From an uncultured Acidobacteriota bacterium (GTDB lineage: Bacteria; Acidobacteriota; Blastocatellia; Pyrinomonadales; Pyrinomonadaceae), in NCBI GenBank assembly GCA_963720905.1, contig CAVRHB010000007.1, positions 608,698 to 672,697 on the forward strand: 64,000 bases of DNA, written 5' to 3'. The position numbers were made by a program, and so were the translations under genes. This document shows positions 27,256 to 37,430 of the stretch, in pieces; within the stretch, counting starts at the first letter, position 1; every line of letters begins with the position of its first letter. The notes below the pieces were generated by a model that did not search any database, was not told the origin of the DNA, and saw nothing but the letters and a program-made list of their open reading frames with translations.

Positions 27256-29511
27256 TTAAAGCGGTTGCACAAGCCTGAATCCCAAATTCTTTTCCTTTTG
27301 ATCGACCGGAACATCGGCACGGAATGTGGACGTAATGCTCAGCTTTGCCGGATTTTCATGTGCAGAACCGCCGCGGACAACAAAACGTTTTTCCGTTACA
27401 TTTTCAAGTACCGCATTGCTGCCAGGATATGGTTTGATCACCGAACTGGTCCACTCCCAAACGTTCCCGATCAGATCGACGACGCCGAATTCATTTGCCC
27501 CGTCCGGTTTTGATCCAACGGCGGTCGGTTCCGAATTTTCGATGTTCATCACGACTTTGGCATCATCAAACTTGTCCCCCCAGGGATAAAGCGTGTCCTT
27601 GCTGCCGTTTCGTGCGGCGTATTCCCATTCTTCTTCGGTAGGCAGGCGATACGTTACGTTGTCGCGTTTCGAACGCCACTTGGCGAATGCCATAGCATCC
27701 TCGGCCGAAACGTAACTGACCGGCCGGTCTTCGGTTCCCGGCAGCGGGCGTCCTTCGGACCAGTTACTCGGTGTCACGTGTTTAGTGTCTTTGACGAACT
27801 GCATATATTCGGCATTCGTAACTTCGGTCTTATCCATTTTGAATGCCGCAACCGTTACGTCATGCTCAGGCCGTTCGCCGGGCTCGCCGTCATTGCGGCC
27901 CATCTTGAACGTGCCGCCGGGCAGCGAGATCATTTCGGGTTTTACCGTTTGAACTTTGCCGGGTGAAGGAACAGGTGTCGGCGTAGTTGCCGGTGTTTCA
28001 GCATTGGCGATAGTTTTGCCGCCGCCGCCGATCCAGCCTGCCATGTACGCACCGCCGATACCCAAACTCAACAGCACGAACAATCCGATCAATCCTATCG
28101 CGCCGTAAACGAAAGGCATTGCCCCACGGCTCGGTTGCGAAGATATGGAGACCTCGTGATTTCCGGTTCTTTGGGAATTACCCGTCGTTCGCGGATCTTG
28201 CCGATCCATAGTAGATGGAAATCTATTGGAGTTCGAAATGTTTCCGGATGATGTAGAGCCGGATTCGTAGCCGATAGAAGCTCCGGGTTTTGGAATGGCT
28301 TCGGCTCCAAAACCGCTTGTCAGTTCCGCAACGATCTCTTGCGGCGAACCGTCACAAACGACATTTCCTACCCAATCGTGAAAACCGTCGTGGCTGATGC
28401 GCAGCATATGATTCCCGCTCTGAACGCCTTCAAGCGTAAGCCGACCGCTATCTTCGCTAAGTCCAACCGCAACATTATCGACAAAAACTTTTGATTGCGG
28501 CGGGATCGTTTGGATCCTAAGCGAGGATGTCGGCAAAGCTCGTCCAGCAGTCAGGTGCTGCGTTCCGGTGGTTCCCAGCACCGCTTTCGTCAGGTCGTCG
28601 ATCATCGCTTCGACCGTCGGCGTGCGTTTTTGCGGATCTTTTTCGAGTGTTCTCGCAACAGCAGCCTCCAGTTCAGCCGAGGAGGCAACCCCATAAGAAG
28701 CTATCGTCGGCGACGCATCGCTGATGTGCTTTTTCATTATGGCCGGTATCGAACTTCCCTTAAAAGGAACGTCGCCGGCAAGCATTTGAAAGAGCATTAC
28801 GCCAAGCGAATATATGTCTGAGCGTGAATCGACCTCGTCATCAGCCCATTGCTCCGGAGCCATATAATAAGGCGAACCCATCAAACCGGTCGTCTGAGCC
28901 TGAACAAAAGATCCGAGCAATTCGCCCGATTTGATTTTAGCCAAGCCGAAATCCAGGATCTTAACCGCCTGTGACATATTCGGTTTGTCGTTACAGATCA
29001 TAATGTTCAGCGGTTTCAGATCGCGGTGAACAATGCCCTGATGATGAGCGGCTCCGACGCCGTTGGCTATTGCGGTAATCAGATCGAGAGCTTCGGATGC
29101 GGAAAGGATCTTTTTTCGAGCTAAAAGGTCGTGGAGCGATTCACCATCGACATATTCCATTACAAGAAAAGGAATTTGTCCGTTGATGACGCCGTAATCT
29201 GTAACGCCGACAACGTTTTGATGCCGGATCGCCGCCGCGGCCAAGGCTTCCTGCCGAAAGCGCGTCACGAGCTGCGGATCGTTCCCGACCAGATCCGGCA
29301 AAATGATCTTTATCGCTAACTGAGTTTTAAGAAAAGCGTGCCGAGCTTTGTAAACAACACCCATTCCGCCCTGTCCCAAGCGGCATTCAAGATGATATTT
29401 GCCCTCCAAAACTGGCTCGCCCGTGATCGTGTGCATCGTCGGCATACCATCGTTCGGGCATGTTGCCACGTCGTCGGTAAAGCAATTCTTACAAAGTTGG
29501 CATTCTTTCAT
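27256..29511 (-). CDS. Membrane Ser/Thr protein kinase with a PEGA domain and an extracytoplasmic FGE-sulfatase (SUMF1/EgtB-like) domain.
   Basis: The N-terminal Cys cluster is CQLCKNCF...CPNDG. Kinase motifs are GQGGMGVVYKARH, HRDLKPLNIMI, DFGLAK and APEQ. The PEGA-like stretch is LRIQTIPPQSKVFVDN. The transmembrane helix is FVYGAIGLIGLFVLLSLGIGGAY. The C-terminal domain contains EVTNAEYMQF...EWEYAARNG...NVWEWT...RGGSA. Confidence 0.85.
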   Translation of the reverse strand: MKECQLCKNCFTDDVATCPNDGMPTMHTITGEPVLEGKYHLECRLGQGGMGVVYKARHAFLKTQLAIKIILPDLVGNDPQLVTRFRQEALAAAAIRHQNVVGVTDYGVINGQIPFLVMEYVDGESLHDLLARKKILSASEALDLITAIANGVGAAHHQGIVHRDLKPLNIMICNDKPNMSQAVKILDFGLAKIKSGELLGSFVQAQTTGLMGSPYYMAPEQWADDEVDSRSDIYSLGVMLFQMLAGDVPFKGSSIPAIMKKHISDASPTIASYGVASSAELEAAVARTLEKDPQKRTPTVEAMIDDLTKAVLGTTGTQHLTAGRALPTSSLRIQTIPPQSKVFVDNVAVGLSEDSGRLTLEGVQSGNHMLRISHDGFHDWVGNVVCDGSPQEIVAELTSGFGAEAIPKPGASIGYESGSTSSGNISNSNRFPSTMDRQDPRTTGNSQRTGNHEVSISSQPSRGAMPFVYGAIGLIGLFVLLSLGIGGAYMAGWIGGGGKTIANAETPATTPTPVPSPGKVQTVKPEMISLPGGTFKMGRNDGEPGERPEHDVTVAAFKMDKTEVTNAEYMQFVKDTKHVTPSNWSEGRPLPGTEDRPVSYVSAEDAMAFAKWRSKRDNVTYRLPTEEEWEYAARNGSKDTLYPWGDKFDDAKVVMNIENSEPTAVGSKPDGANEFGVVDLIGNVWEWTSSVIKPYPGSNAVLENVTEKRFVVRGGSAHENPAKLSITSTFRADVPVDQKEKNLGFRLVQPL

Positions 29512-29660
29512 CGCGCGTTTCGAACCAGATCAGAATAACGGGGAGAAACCTTTCCAAACATATTGACAGATTTCGGGTGAACTTTTTGCACAACACCAAA
29601 TAATAGATTCTATTGCTTTTAACGTTTTCAAGCAAGGTAAAGTTATTATTCAGGCCTAGA

Positions 29661-32274
29661 TCACTTGACAACAACATTGACAAGCCGCTTAGGAACGACC
29701 ACGACCTTTACGATCTGTTTCCCATCGGTATATTCGCGAACCTTTTCGTCGGCAAGAGCCATTTTTTCCAGTTCACTGGTTGGCGTTTCCGGAGCGGCAT
29801 TGATTCGGCTGCGGAGTTTGCCGTTAACCTGGATTGGGATCTCGATCTCGTTTTCTTTCGCGATCTCAGCGTCGAATTCGGGAAAGCTCGCCCCATTTGC
29901 GATCAAGCCGTCGGTGTTGCCGACGAGCGTTGCATAAAGCGCTTCTGCCGTGTGCGGAGCAAAAGGAGCGAGCATCAGAACGAGACTCGTCAAAGCTTCT
30001 TTCACCACAAATTTTTCGTCGTCTGACGCCGTCTCTGGCTCGGCCTCAAGGTCATAGATGGAATTGAGCAATTCCATCAAAGCCGAAACCGGCGTGTTGA
30101 ACTGGAGCGAATCGAGCGCGTCATCAACGCGTTTGATAGTTTGATGAGTTTTTCGCAACAAAGTTTTCGCGCCCGCTGAACTCCCGCCGCGGCCATTTTC
30201 TGAGTTCAACGAATCGTGCCATTTCCATACAAAACGCCAAACACGCTGCAAAAATCTGACAGCTCCTTCGATGCCGGCTTCGTTCCAAACGAGTTCATTC
30301 TCGACCGGAGCCGCAAAAAGTATGAACAGCCGAGCCGCATCGGCGCCGTAAATATCGATCATCTCGTCCGGATCGACGCCGTTGCCTTTCGATTTCGACA
30401 TACGCTCGATCGCGTATTTCAATTTAGTGCCGTCCTTTGCGGCCGCCCCAGTGATCTTTCCTTTCGCGTCGCGTTCGATCGGTGACTTCCGTCGCCGGAA
30501 AATAGATCCGTTTGCCCGATTCGTCATCAAAGAACGTTTCGCCGACAACCATTCCCTGCGTCAACAACCGCTTCACCGGCTCGTCGAAACTAACAAGCCC
30601 AATGTCACGCATCATTTTTGTCCAGAAACGCGTGTAGATCAGATGCATCACTGCGTGATCGTCTCCGCCGACGTATTGATCGACCGGCGCCCAATACGCC
30701 GCTCTTTCTATTGAAAAAGGCTGATCGGAATTCGCCGGGTCAAGATACCGGAAATAATACCAGCTCGAATCGACGAACGTGTCCATCGTGTCGGTTTCCC
30801 GCTTAGCGTCTTTGCCGCAGTTAGGACATTTTGTTTCGTAAAACTCGGGAACTTTTGCCAAGGGCGATTCGCCCGTGCCGGTAAACGGAGCAGTTTCCGG
30901 CAATTCGACCGGGAGATTTTCAAATTTTTCGGGAACCGCACCGCAATCGTCGCAATAAATTATAGGTATTGGCGAGCCCCAAAATCTCTGCCGCGAAACG
31001 CCCCAATCGCGCAAACGATACGTCGTAGCGGTTTCGCCGAAATCATTTGCTGCGGCAAACGCGGCCATTTCGCGTTTCGCGTCTTCGCTGCTTTTACCGT
31101 TCCAATCGCCGGAATTTATCAACACGCCGTAATCGCTGGCAGCTTGCTTGATGGGTTCGTCGTCCAACGATTCGCCCTCCAAGGCGACAACCTTCCTCAC
31201 CGGCAGATCAAATTTCTGTGCAAATTCCAGATCACGTTGATCGTGGGCCGGAACGCTCATAACGGCTCCGGTGCCATATTCCATCATCACGTAATTGCCA
31301 ACCCAAACCGGCAATTCTTCCCCGTTGAACGGATTGATCGCAAAGATACCTGTGTCAATGCCGTCCTTATGAGCTTCGGCTTCGTGATCGGTCGGATTCA
31401 TTTGAGCGGCTCTTATTTCCTGCACTTTCGCCAAAACTCCATCCGAAAGCGAGGACGAGTGTGCGATCAAAACCGGATGCTCCGCCGCGACAACTATTGC
31501 GTTCGCACCATAGATCGTATCGATCCGCGTTGTGAAAACACGCACTTTTTCGGTCGAACCTTTTACGGCAAAATCGACAAAAGCTCCTTCCGAACGCCCG
31601 ATCCAGTCACTTTGTCGCTTCAGCACATTCGCGGGCCAACCATCTTCGATCTCGGCCATGTCATTCAGAAGTTCGTCAACATATGCCGTCGTTTTGAAGA
31701 ACCATTGATCAAGATCTTTTTTCGTAACTGGATTTCCGCAACGCCAGCAAATGCCGCCGCTCGCTTGCTCATTAGAAAGCGTTGCCTGGTCGGTTTCACA
31801 CCAATTGACCTGCGTAAGCTTCTTATAGGCCAGGCCTTTTTCAAGCATTTTTAGGAAAAACCATTGATCGAACTTATAAAATTCGGGCTTGTGAGCATAG
31901 ATCTGGCGTTCCCAATCGTAGCTGATCCCGAGCCGCTGCAGTTGCCCGCGCATAGCTTCGATATTTTTTTCCGTCCATTCGCGCGGATTAACGCCGCGTT
32001 TTACCGCAGCATCTTCGGCCGGTTGTCCGAACGAATCCCAGCCGATCGGATGCAGTACGTTAAAACCCTTAAGTCTTTTATACCAAGCAATTGCATCGCC
32101 GACCGCATAATTACGGACGTGTCCCATATGCAGATTTCCCGACGGATACGGAAGCATTTCAAGCTGATAGAATTTCGGCTTGTCGTTACTTTCGCTTACG
32201 CTGAAAGTGCCGCTTTCGAACCACTTCTTCTGCCATTCGGCTTCGATCTTTTTTGCAAAATATTTTTCGTCCAT
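29661..32274 (-). pseudogene. leuS: Leucine--tRNA ligase, split by a 1-nt frame shift near 30480 as sequenced. This is almost certainly a functional gene.
   Basis: The N-terminal ORF has PYPSGNLHMGHVRNY (HIGH) and ends ...YFPATEVT. The C-terminal ORF resumes IERDAKGKITGAAAKDGTKLKYAIERMSKSKGNGVDP (KMSKS). Confidence 0.9.
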
Positions 32275-32526
32275 GTTTGAGAACCGAAATTTTCATTTCT
32301 CCTTGTAAAACAAACAATTCTAACGGATAAAACAAATTTCAGCCAATTGCAAGAATCTTTGAATATGACAAGAAAATTATGCTAAAATATCTGGACTGTT
32401 TAATTCGGGAGATTTTTTACGATCAAAACACGACAAAATATGATCAAAGCTACAATGCAGATGCACAAAACCTGATCTTTTTTCGTCACGGTCAAACGCG
32501 TCTGCCAAGCTATCGGAGGCAAGACG

Positions 32527-32745
32527 ATGACCAACCTACCTAATTCAAACCACGCAAATTTATCTAAAGAATTACGCGAAAGCGATCACACTAATTCCCG
32601 AACTCGGCAACACAATCAACGACCGGAAACGTTTACGACCGATGATATTATCGGCTCGCTCGCGAACGCATACGAGAACAAGCGTCCGCGTCAGGTTTTC
32701 GAATGGGAAATCAACCAGCATTCAAAACTTCGCCAAACGGTTTAG
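32527..32745 (+). CDS. Hypothetical small protein (weak call).
   Basis: 72-aa hydrophilic ORF in a 475-nt gap between leuS and the HEAT-repeat gene. I recognise no family, and it may be non-coding. Confidence 0.25.
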   Translation: MTNLPNSNHANLSKELRESDHTNSRTRQHNQRPETFTTDDIIGSLANAYENKRPRQVFEWEINQHSKLRQTV

Positions 32746-32749
32746 GCGA

Positions 32750-33605
32750 ATGAAAACTTTTGCTCCAAAATTATTTCTAGCCGCAGGTCTTTGCGTGATG
32801 CTTTCGGCGATCGCATCGGCTCAAAACCCGCAAAAATTTGAAGAAGCGATACGCAATGGCAATTCGGAACAGCAGCGTGAAGCGTCTTTTTGAATTAAAG
32901 AAGATCGGAACCGCCGAAGCCTCAACCGTCGCATTGCCCGCATTGAAAAGCAACGACGAACTCGTCCGAGCAACCGCCGCTTCGGCCGTGGTCTGGCTTC
33001 CTGGGAATGAAGCCGTCGCTGTTTTGCTGCCGTTGCTTGCCGATAAAAGCGAATTCGTTCGTCGCGAAGGATCGCTCGCATTGGGCAAAGTCGGCGATCC
33101 AACCGCCGCTTTATCGCTTATCCAACTCGCCGAAAATGAAAAGGTTCTCGAGGTCAAAAACGCTGCGATCATTGCCCTGGGAAATATCGGCGAGTCTCGC
33201 GCGATCAAACCGCTCGTCGAAATATTAAGCGAAAAACCAAAAGAAGACGCCGAAGTTACACGCCGTTCGGCAGCTAGATCGATCGGTCAGATCGCCGCGA
33301 AAATAAACAACGATCAAGAACCGGCGGTTACGCCCAAAAATTTTCTTCCTTTGAAATACAAAGAGATCGAACCCGAAAAAAACACTGCGGCTAGGTCAGA
33401 ATATTTCACCAAAGTCGTTCCTGTTCTCATAAAAGTTCTCAACAATAAAAAAGAAGCCATTGATACACGCCGCGAAGCCGCCGCCGCACTTGGCTTTATC
33501 GCCGACCCTGCGTCATTCGCCGCAATAAAGATCTGCTCGCAAAGCTCCGATCCGTATCTCGCTGAGATCTGCAAAGAAGCGATATTACGGTTCGGCGATC
33601 GATAA
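32750..33605 (+). pseudogene. Secreted HEAT-repeat protein. The frame is interrupted in or next to the T5 run 32887-32891 as sequenced.
   Basis: The signal peptide is MKTFAPKLFLAAGLCVMLSAIASAQ. The first ORF ends ...NGNSEQQREASF*. The next frame resumes LFELKKIGTAEAS and carries HEAT/PBS-type repeats such as DELVRATAASAV, SEFVRREGSLALGKVGDP and LEVKNAAIIALGNIG. Confidence 0.7.
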
Positions 33606-33653
33606 ACACTCAAAACTCTTTATATAACCCAAATAATTTGCTTTAATAAAAGA

Positions 33654-34847
33654 ATGCTAACTGCCGAAGCCAGAGATGCTGAAAAGCCTCGCTATGCCGT
33701 ATTGCGCGATCGATTTTCCGAAGTCCGCCAGCATACGGTTTACTTGTGTGAACCCCTTGAGATCGAAGATTATATTCCGCAGCCTTCCGTCGATGTTTCG
33801 CCTGCTAAATGGAACATTGCTCATACGACATGGTTTTTCGAGGAAATGATCCTCAAAAATTTCTCGCCCGGTTACAAACAGTTCGACGAAAATTTCGGTT
33901 TTCTGTTTAATAGCTATTACAACTCGATAGGCGAGCGAACCGTTCGCGAAAATCGTGGCGATCTGAGCCGTCCGACCGTTGCTCAGGTTTTCGAATACCG
34001 AAAACATGTCGATGATAAAATTCTTGAACTCTTATCGAATGAGGTTCCTGCCGAATGCCTCGAACTGGTCGAACTTGGCCTCAACCACGAACAGCAACAT
34101 CAAGAACTTCTTGTTACGGACCTGAAATTCAGCTTTGGCCTCAATCCGATCTTCCCGGTCTACCGGGAAAACTATTTCCCCGAAGAAATCGCCGACATAG
34201 ATATCTATGGGAAGTTTGAGGTCGAAGGCGGTGTTTACAAGGTTGGCCACGAAGGTAACGGCTTTTGTTTTGATAACGAACTGAGCCGCCATGATGTTCT
34301 GGTCGGCGATTTCGCGATCTCGCGAAGTCTCGTAACGAACGCCGACTATCTCACGTTCATCGCGGACGGCGGTTACAAAGATTTTCGCTATTGGCATTCC
34401 GAAGGTTGGGATTGGGTCACAAAAAACGCGATCGACAGTCCACTTTATTGGCATAAGAAAGATAATGAGTGGTTTACATTCACGCTCGGCGGTTTGCGTC
34501 CGCTGGATCTGAGATCTCCGGTTTGTCACGTTTCTTTTTACGAAGCATATGCCTACGCAGAATGGCGCGGAATGCGTCTGCCGACCGAATTCGAATGGGA
34601 AATTGCTTCGAACAAATTCGATTGGGGCAAACGCTGGGAATGGACCGGCAGTGCATATCTTCCCTATCCCGGTTTCGAGAAAGGGCCGGGAGCCGTAGGC
34701 GAATATAATGGCAAATTTATGATCAGCCAAATGGTCTTGCGTGGGGCTTCTGTCGTCACGCCCGAAGATCATAGCCGGAACACTTACAGAAACTTCTTCA
34801 ATCCTCACTTGCGTTGGCAATTCACCGGAATTCGCTTGGCAAAATAA
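33654..34847 (+). CDS. egtB: Ergothioneine biosynthesis sulfoxide synthase EgtB (DinB_2 plus FGE-sulfatase domains).
   Basis: Motifs WNIAHTTWFFEEMIL...LGLNHEQQHQELLVTD... are present. The C-terminal part reads VTNADYLTFI...EFEWEIA...WEWTGSAYLPYPGF...RGASVVTP...YRNFF. Confidence 0.85.
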   Translation: MLTAEARDAEKPRYAVLRDRFSEVRQHTVYLCEPLEIEDYIPQPSVDVSPAKWNIAHTTWFFEEMILKNFSPGYKQFDENFGFLFNSYYNSIGERTVRENRGDLSRPTVAQVFEYRKHVDDKILELLSNEVPAECLELVELGLNHEQQHQELLVTDLKFSFGLNPIFPVYRENYFPEEIADIDIYGKFEVEGGVYKVGHEGNGFCFDNELSRHDVLVGDFAISRSLVTNADYLTFIADGGYKDFRYWHSEGWDWVTKNAIDSPLYWHKKDNEWFTFTLGGLRPLDLRSPVCHVSFYEAYAYAEWRGMRLPTEFEWEIASNKFDWGKRWEWTGSAYLPYPGFEKGPGAVGEYNGKFMISQMVLRGASVVTPEDHSRNTYRNFFNPHLRWQFTGIRLAK

Positions 34848-34850
34848 ACT

Positions 34851-35822
34851 ATGAAGGCTTCAAAATCTACCGAAACCAACACGTTTGCGTCCGATGTGCT
34901 TACGGGTCTGACGTCCGAACCAAAAGAGTTATCCTCGCGTTATTTCTACGACGATGAAGGTTCGCGGCTTTTTATGGAAATAATGAAGCTGCCCGAATAT
35001 TACCTCACGCGTTCGGAACTTGAAATTTTTACCGACCAGACAGACGCGATCTACCGAGCTTTTGCCGATGGGACGGGATCTTTTGATCTGATCGAACTCG
35101 GAGCCGGTGACGGCACAAAAACTGCCGTTTTGATCGATCATTTTCTACAGCATGATCCGGAATTCAAATACTCGGCTATCGATATTTCACGCGAAGCTTG
35201 CGATGCTTTGTCGGCAAACTTCGAGGCCAAATTTCCAAAGCTCAACCTGGAAACCCGGCAAGGCGATTATTTTCAGATCCTAGAATCGCTTTCCGCGGCC
35301 GACGAGCGCCGCAAGATCCTTTTGTTTTTAGGCTCGAACATCGGCAATTTCAGCCGAGCCGGCGCCGTCGATTTTTTCAAAAGTCTTCACCGCGTAATGA
35401 ACGCGTCGGATAAATTATTCATCGGATTTGACCTCCAAAAAGATCCGCGCGATATTGTCCGTGCTTATGACGATCCGAAAGGCGTAACAGCGGCGTTTAA
35501 TCTGAATCTTTTGACGCGCATTAACCGTGAGCTCGGCGGACATTTTGATGTCAGCAAATTTTCGCATTACGCCGTTTATCGCCCGATCGAAGGAGCCGCG
35601 CGTTCTTTTCTGATCAGCCGCGAAAAGCAAACCGTAAGGATCGACGCGTTCGACCGAAGCTTTGATTTTGATGCCTGGGAACCTATTTTCATGGAGATCT
35701 CGCAAAAATACAGCGAGAGGCTGATCTCAGAACTCGCCGCCGAAAGCGGTTTCACGGTCGAGCATAATTTTTACGACAGTCGACATTTTTATTGCAATTC
35801 GCTCTGGAAGCCGAATGCCTGA
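34851..35822 (+). CDS. egtD: L-histidine N-alpha-methyltransferase EgtD.
   Basis: Motifs SRYFYDDEGSRLFMEIMKLPEYYLTRSELEI...LIELGAGDGTKT...FLGSNIGNF are present. It starts 4 nt after egtB. Confidence 0.85.
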   Translation: MKASKSTETNTFASDVLTGLTSEPKELSSRYFYDDEGSRLFMEIMKLPEYYLTRSELEIFTDQTDAIYRAFADGTGSFDLIELGAGDGTKTAVLIDHFLQHDPEFKYSAIDISREACDALSANFEAKFPKLNLETRQGDYFQILESLSAADERRKILLFLGSNIGNFSRAGAVDFFKSLHRVMNASDKLFIGFDLQKDPRDIVRAYDDPKGVTAAFNLNLLTRINRELGGHFDVSKFSHYAVYRPIEGAARSFLISREKQTVRIDAFDRSFDFDAWEPIFMEISQKYSERLISELAAESGFTVEHNFYDSRHFYCNSLWKPNA

Positions 35823-35825
35823 ATT

Positions 35826-36569
35826 ATGAATTTCACCATCCTTCGCTTTGATACGCTCGAATCGACAAACAACGAAGCACGCGATCAAGCAAAGGTCGGA
35901 GCTTCTGAAGGATTGTGCATAGTCGCTCGTCAGCAAACCGCCGGCCGCGGCCGCAACGGAAGAAACTGGATCTCAGAAAAGGACGCCGGTTTATTTTTCA
36001 GCCTTGTTCTCCGTCCGAAATTCGATACTAAATTTTTATCATTGATCACACTTGCGGCTGGCATCGCGGCTTATGATGCGCTCTGGTCGCTCGGCATCGA
36101 ACCGGATCTAAAATGGGTAAACGATGTCATCATCGGCGGAAAAAAGATCTGCGGTATATTGGCCGAAACCGTTGATACACCGAGCGGTTTGGCTGTCATT
36201 TTGGGAGTCGGAATAAATTTGCGTTCGGCCAATTTTCCGCCTGAGATAGCCGAGATCGCCACTTCAATCGAGGCTGAAACATTAGAGCGAGCCGATGCGA
36301 CCTCATTGCTCGAAAAATTTGCGTCGCACTTTGCCGAAATTTATTCCGAACTTTCAGATCCTAATGGTGCAGCTAAAATTTTAGAACTTTGGACCGAACG
36401 GTCAACCTATGAGAACGGCAGACTCGTTCAGGTTAGATTGGAACATGAAACATTTGAGGGTATAACTGAAGGACTGGAGCCGAACGGAGCTCTCCGCGTC
36501 CGAATGGATAACGGAGAACTCCGCATAATTACGGCCGGCGATGTAAAAAAGCTTAGGGCCGCAAATTGA
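35826..36569 (+). CDS. birA: Biotin--[acetyl-CoA-carboxylase] ligase (class I, no HTH).
   Basis: Contains ARQQTAGRGRNGRNWIS (GRGRxGRxW) and WVNDVIIGGKKICGILAE. Confidence 0.85.
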   Translation: MNFTILRFDTLESTNNEARDQAKVGASEGLCIVARQQTAGRGRNGRNWISEKDAGLFFSLVLRPKFDTKFLSLITLAAGIAAYDALWSLGIEPDLKWVNDVIIGGKKICGILAETVDTPSGLAVILGVGINLRSANFPPEIAEIATSIEAETLERADATSLLEKFASHFAEIYSELSDPNGAAKILELWTERSTYENGRLVQVRLEHETFEGITEGLEPNGALRVRMDNGELRIITAGDVKKLRAAN

Positions 36570-36581
36570 ACTCACGAATAT

Positions 36582-37400
36582 ATGTCGAAAAGACTTTCGG
36601 AAATTCATCCACTTGTTTACCACACACGCATTCATCAAAAGCGTCTGTTCCGCCGCATTATCGATCTAAAAAACACCGGTCGCTTTGCCCGTGAGCTCAG
36701 CGCGGACGAACTCCTGTTTACCTGCAAACGGCATCAATCTCTGCTTCGGCGAAGACTCGGAAATTCCGAACCCGAATTGCAGGAAAATAAGATCGCAAAT
36801 CTACTGATCGCCTGTCCAACGATCGATGGGCTTCTGATCAAACCCGGCCAAACATTTTCATTTTGGAAATGTGTTGGAGAGGCAACGATCGGGAAAGGAT
36901 ATTGTGAAGGGATGCAGCTTTCACGCGGCGAGGTTATTCGCGGTGTCGGCGGCGGTTTGTGCCAGCTCGCGAATCTGCTCTATTGGATGGCACTTCACAC
37001 ACCGCTCGAAATAGCCGAACGTCATCATCATAGCTTCGATCCTTTTCCTGACGAAAACCGAGTTCTGCCCTTCGGAAGCGGTGCCGGTGTTTTCTATAAT
37101 TACGTCGATCTGAGGTTCTTCAATCCGACCGATATTACGTTTCAGATCAAGCTGTGGCTGACCGATAAACACTTGAAAGGAGCGATATATTCGAATAAGG
37201 AAACGCCGCACACTTATCATGTTTTCGAAAAGAATCATCGTTTTACCGTACAAAACGGCAAAAACTTCCGCCAAAATGAAATATGGCGCGAAGCCATAGA
37301 CCGACGCACCGGAAACCGCGTCGGCGAAGAAATGCTTGTCAAAAACTTTTCCGAAGTAAAATACGAATTGAACTTTAAGCCGCAAGAGTGTAACTTGTAA
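36582..37400 (+). CDS. VanW-family protein.
   Basis: Contains GYCEGMQLSRGEVIRGVGGGLCQLANLLYWMALHTPLEI...HHHSFD. Confidence 0.8.
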   Translation: MSKRLSEIHPLVYHTRIHQKRLFRRIIDLKNTGRFARELSADELLFTCKRHQSLLRRRLGNSEPELQENKIANLLIACPTIDGLLIKPGQTFSFWKCVGEATIGKGYCEGMQLSRGEVIRGVGGGLCQLANLLYWMALHTPLEIAERHHHSFDPFPDENRVLPFGSGAGVFYNYVDLRFFNPTDITFQIKLWLTDKHLKGAIYSNKETPHTYHVFEKNHRFTVQNGKNFRQNEIWREAIDRRTGNRVGEEMLVKNFSEVKYELNFKPQECNL

Positions 37401-37430
37401 TTACGGCCTTATTTTTTCGGTCTTTAGTTT

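Noticed and set aside
31144-31854. Long antisense ORFs inside well-supported genes. Examples are 31144..31854 in leuS, 34032..34820 in egtB, 60416..61051 in thiG, 62025..62714 in the RepA-like gene, 13378..13959 in ndh and 23109..23681 in rqcH.
   Set aside because: All lie opposite genes with strong family signatures. Their products are Arg/Ser/Pro-rich with no motifs, and none has a convincing RBS.
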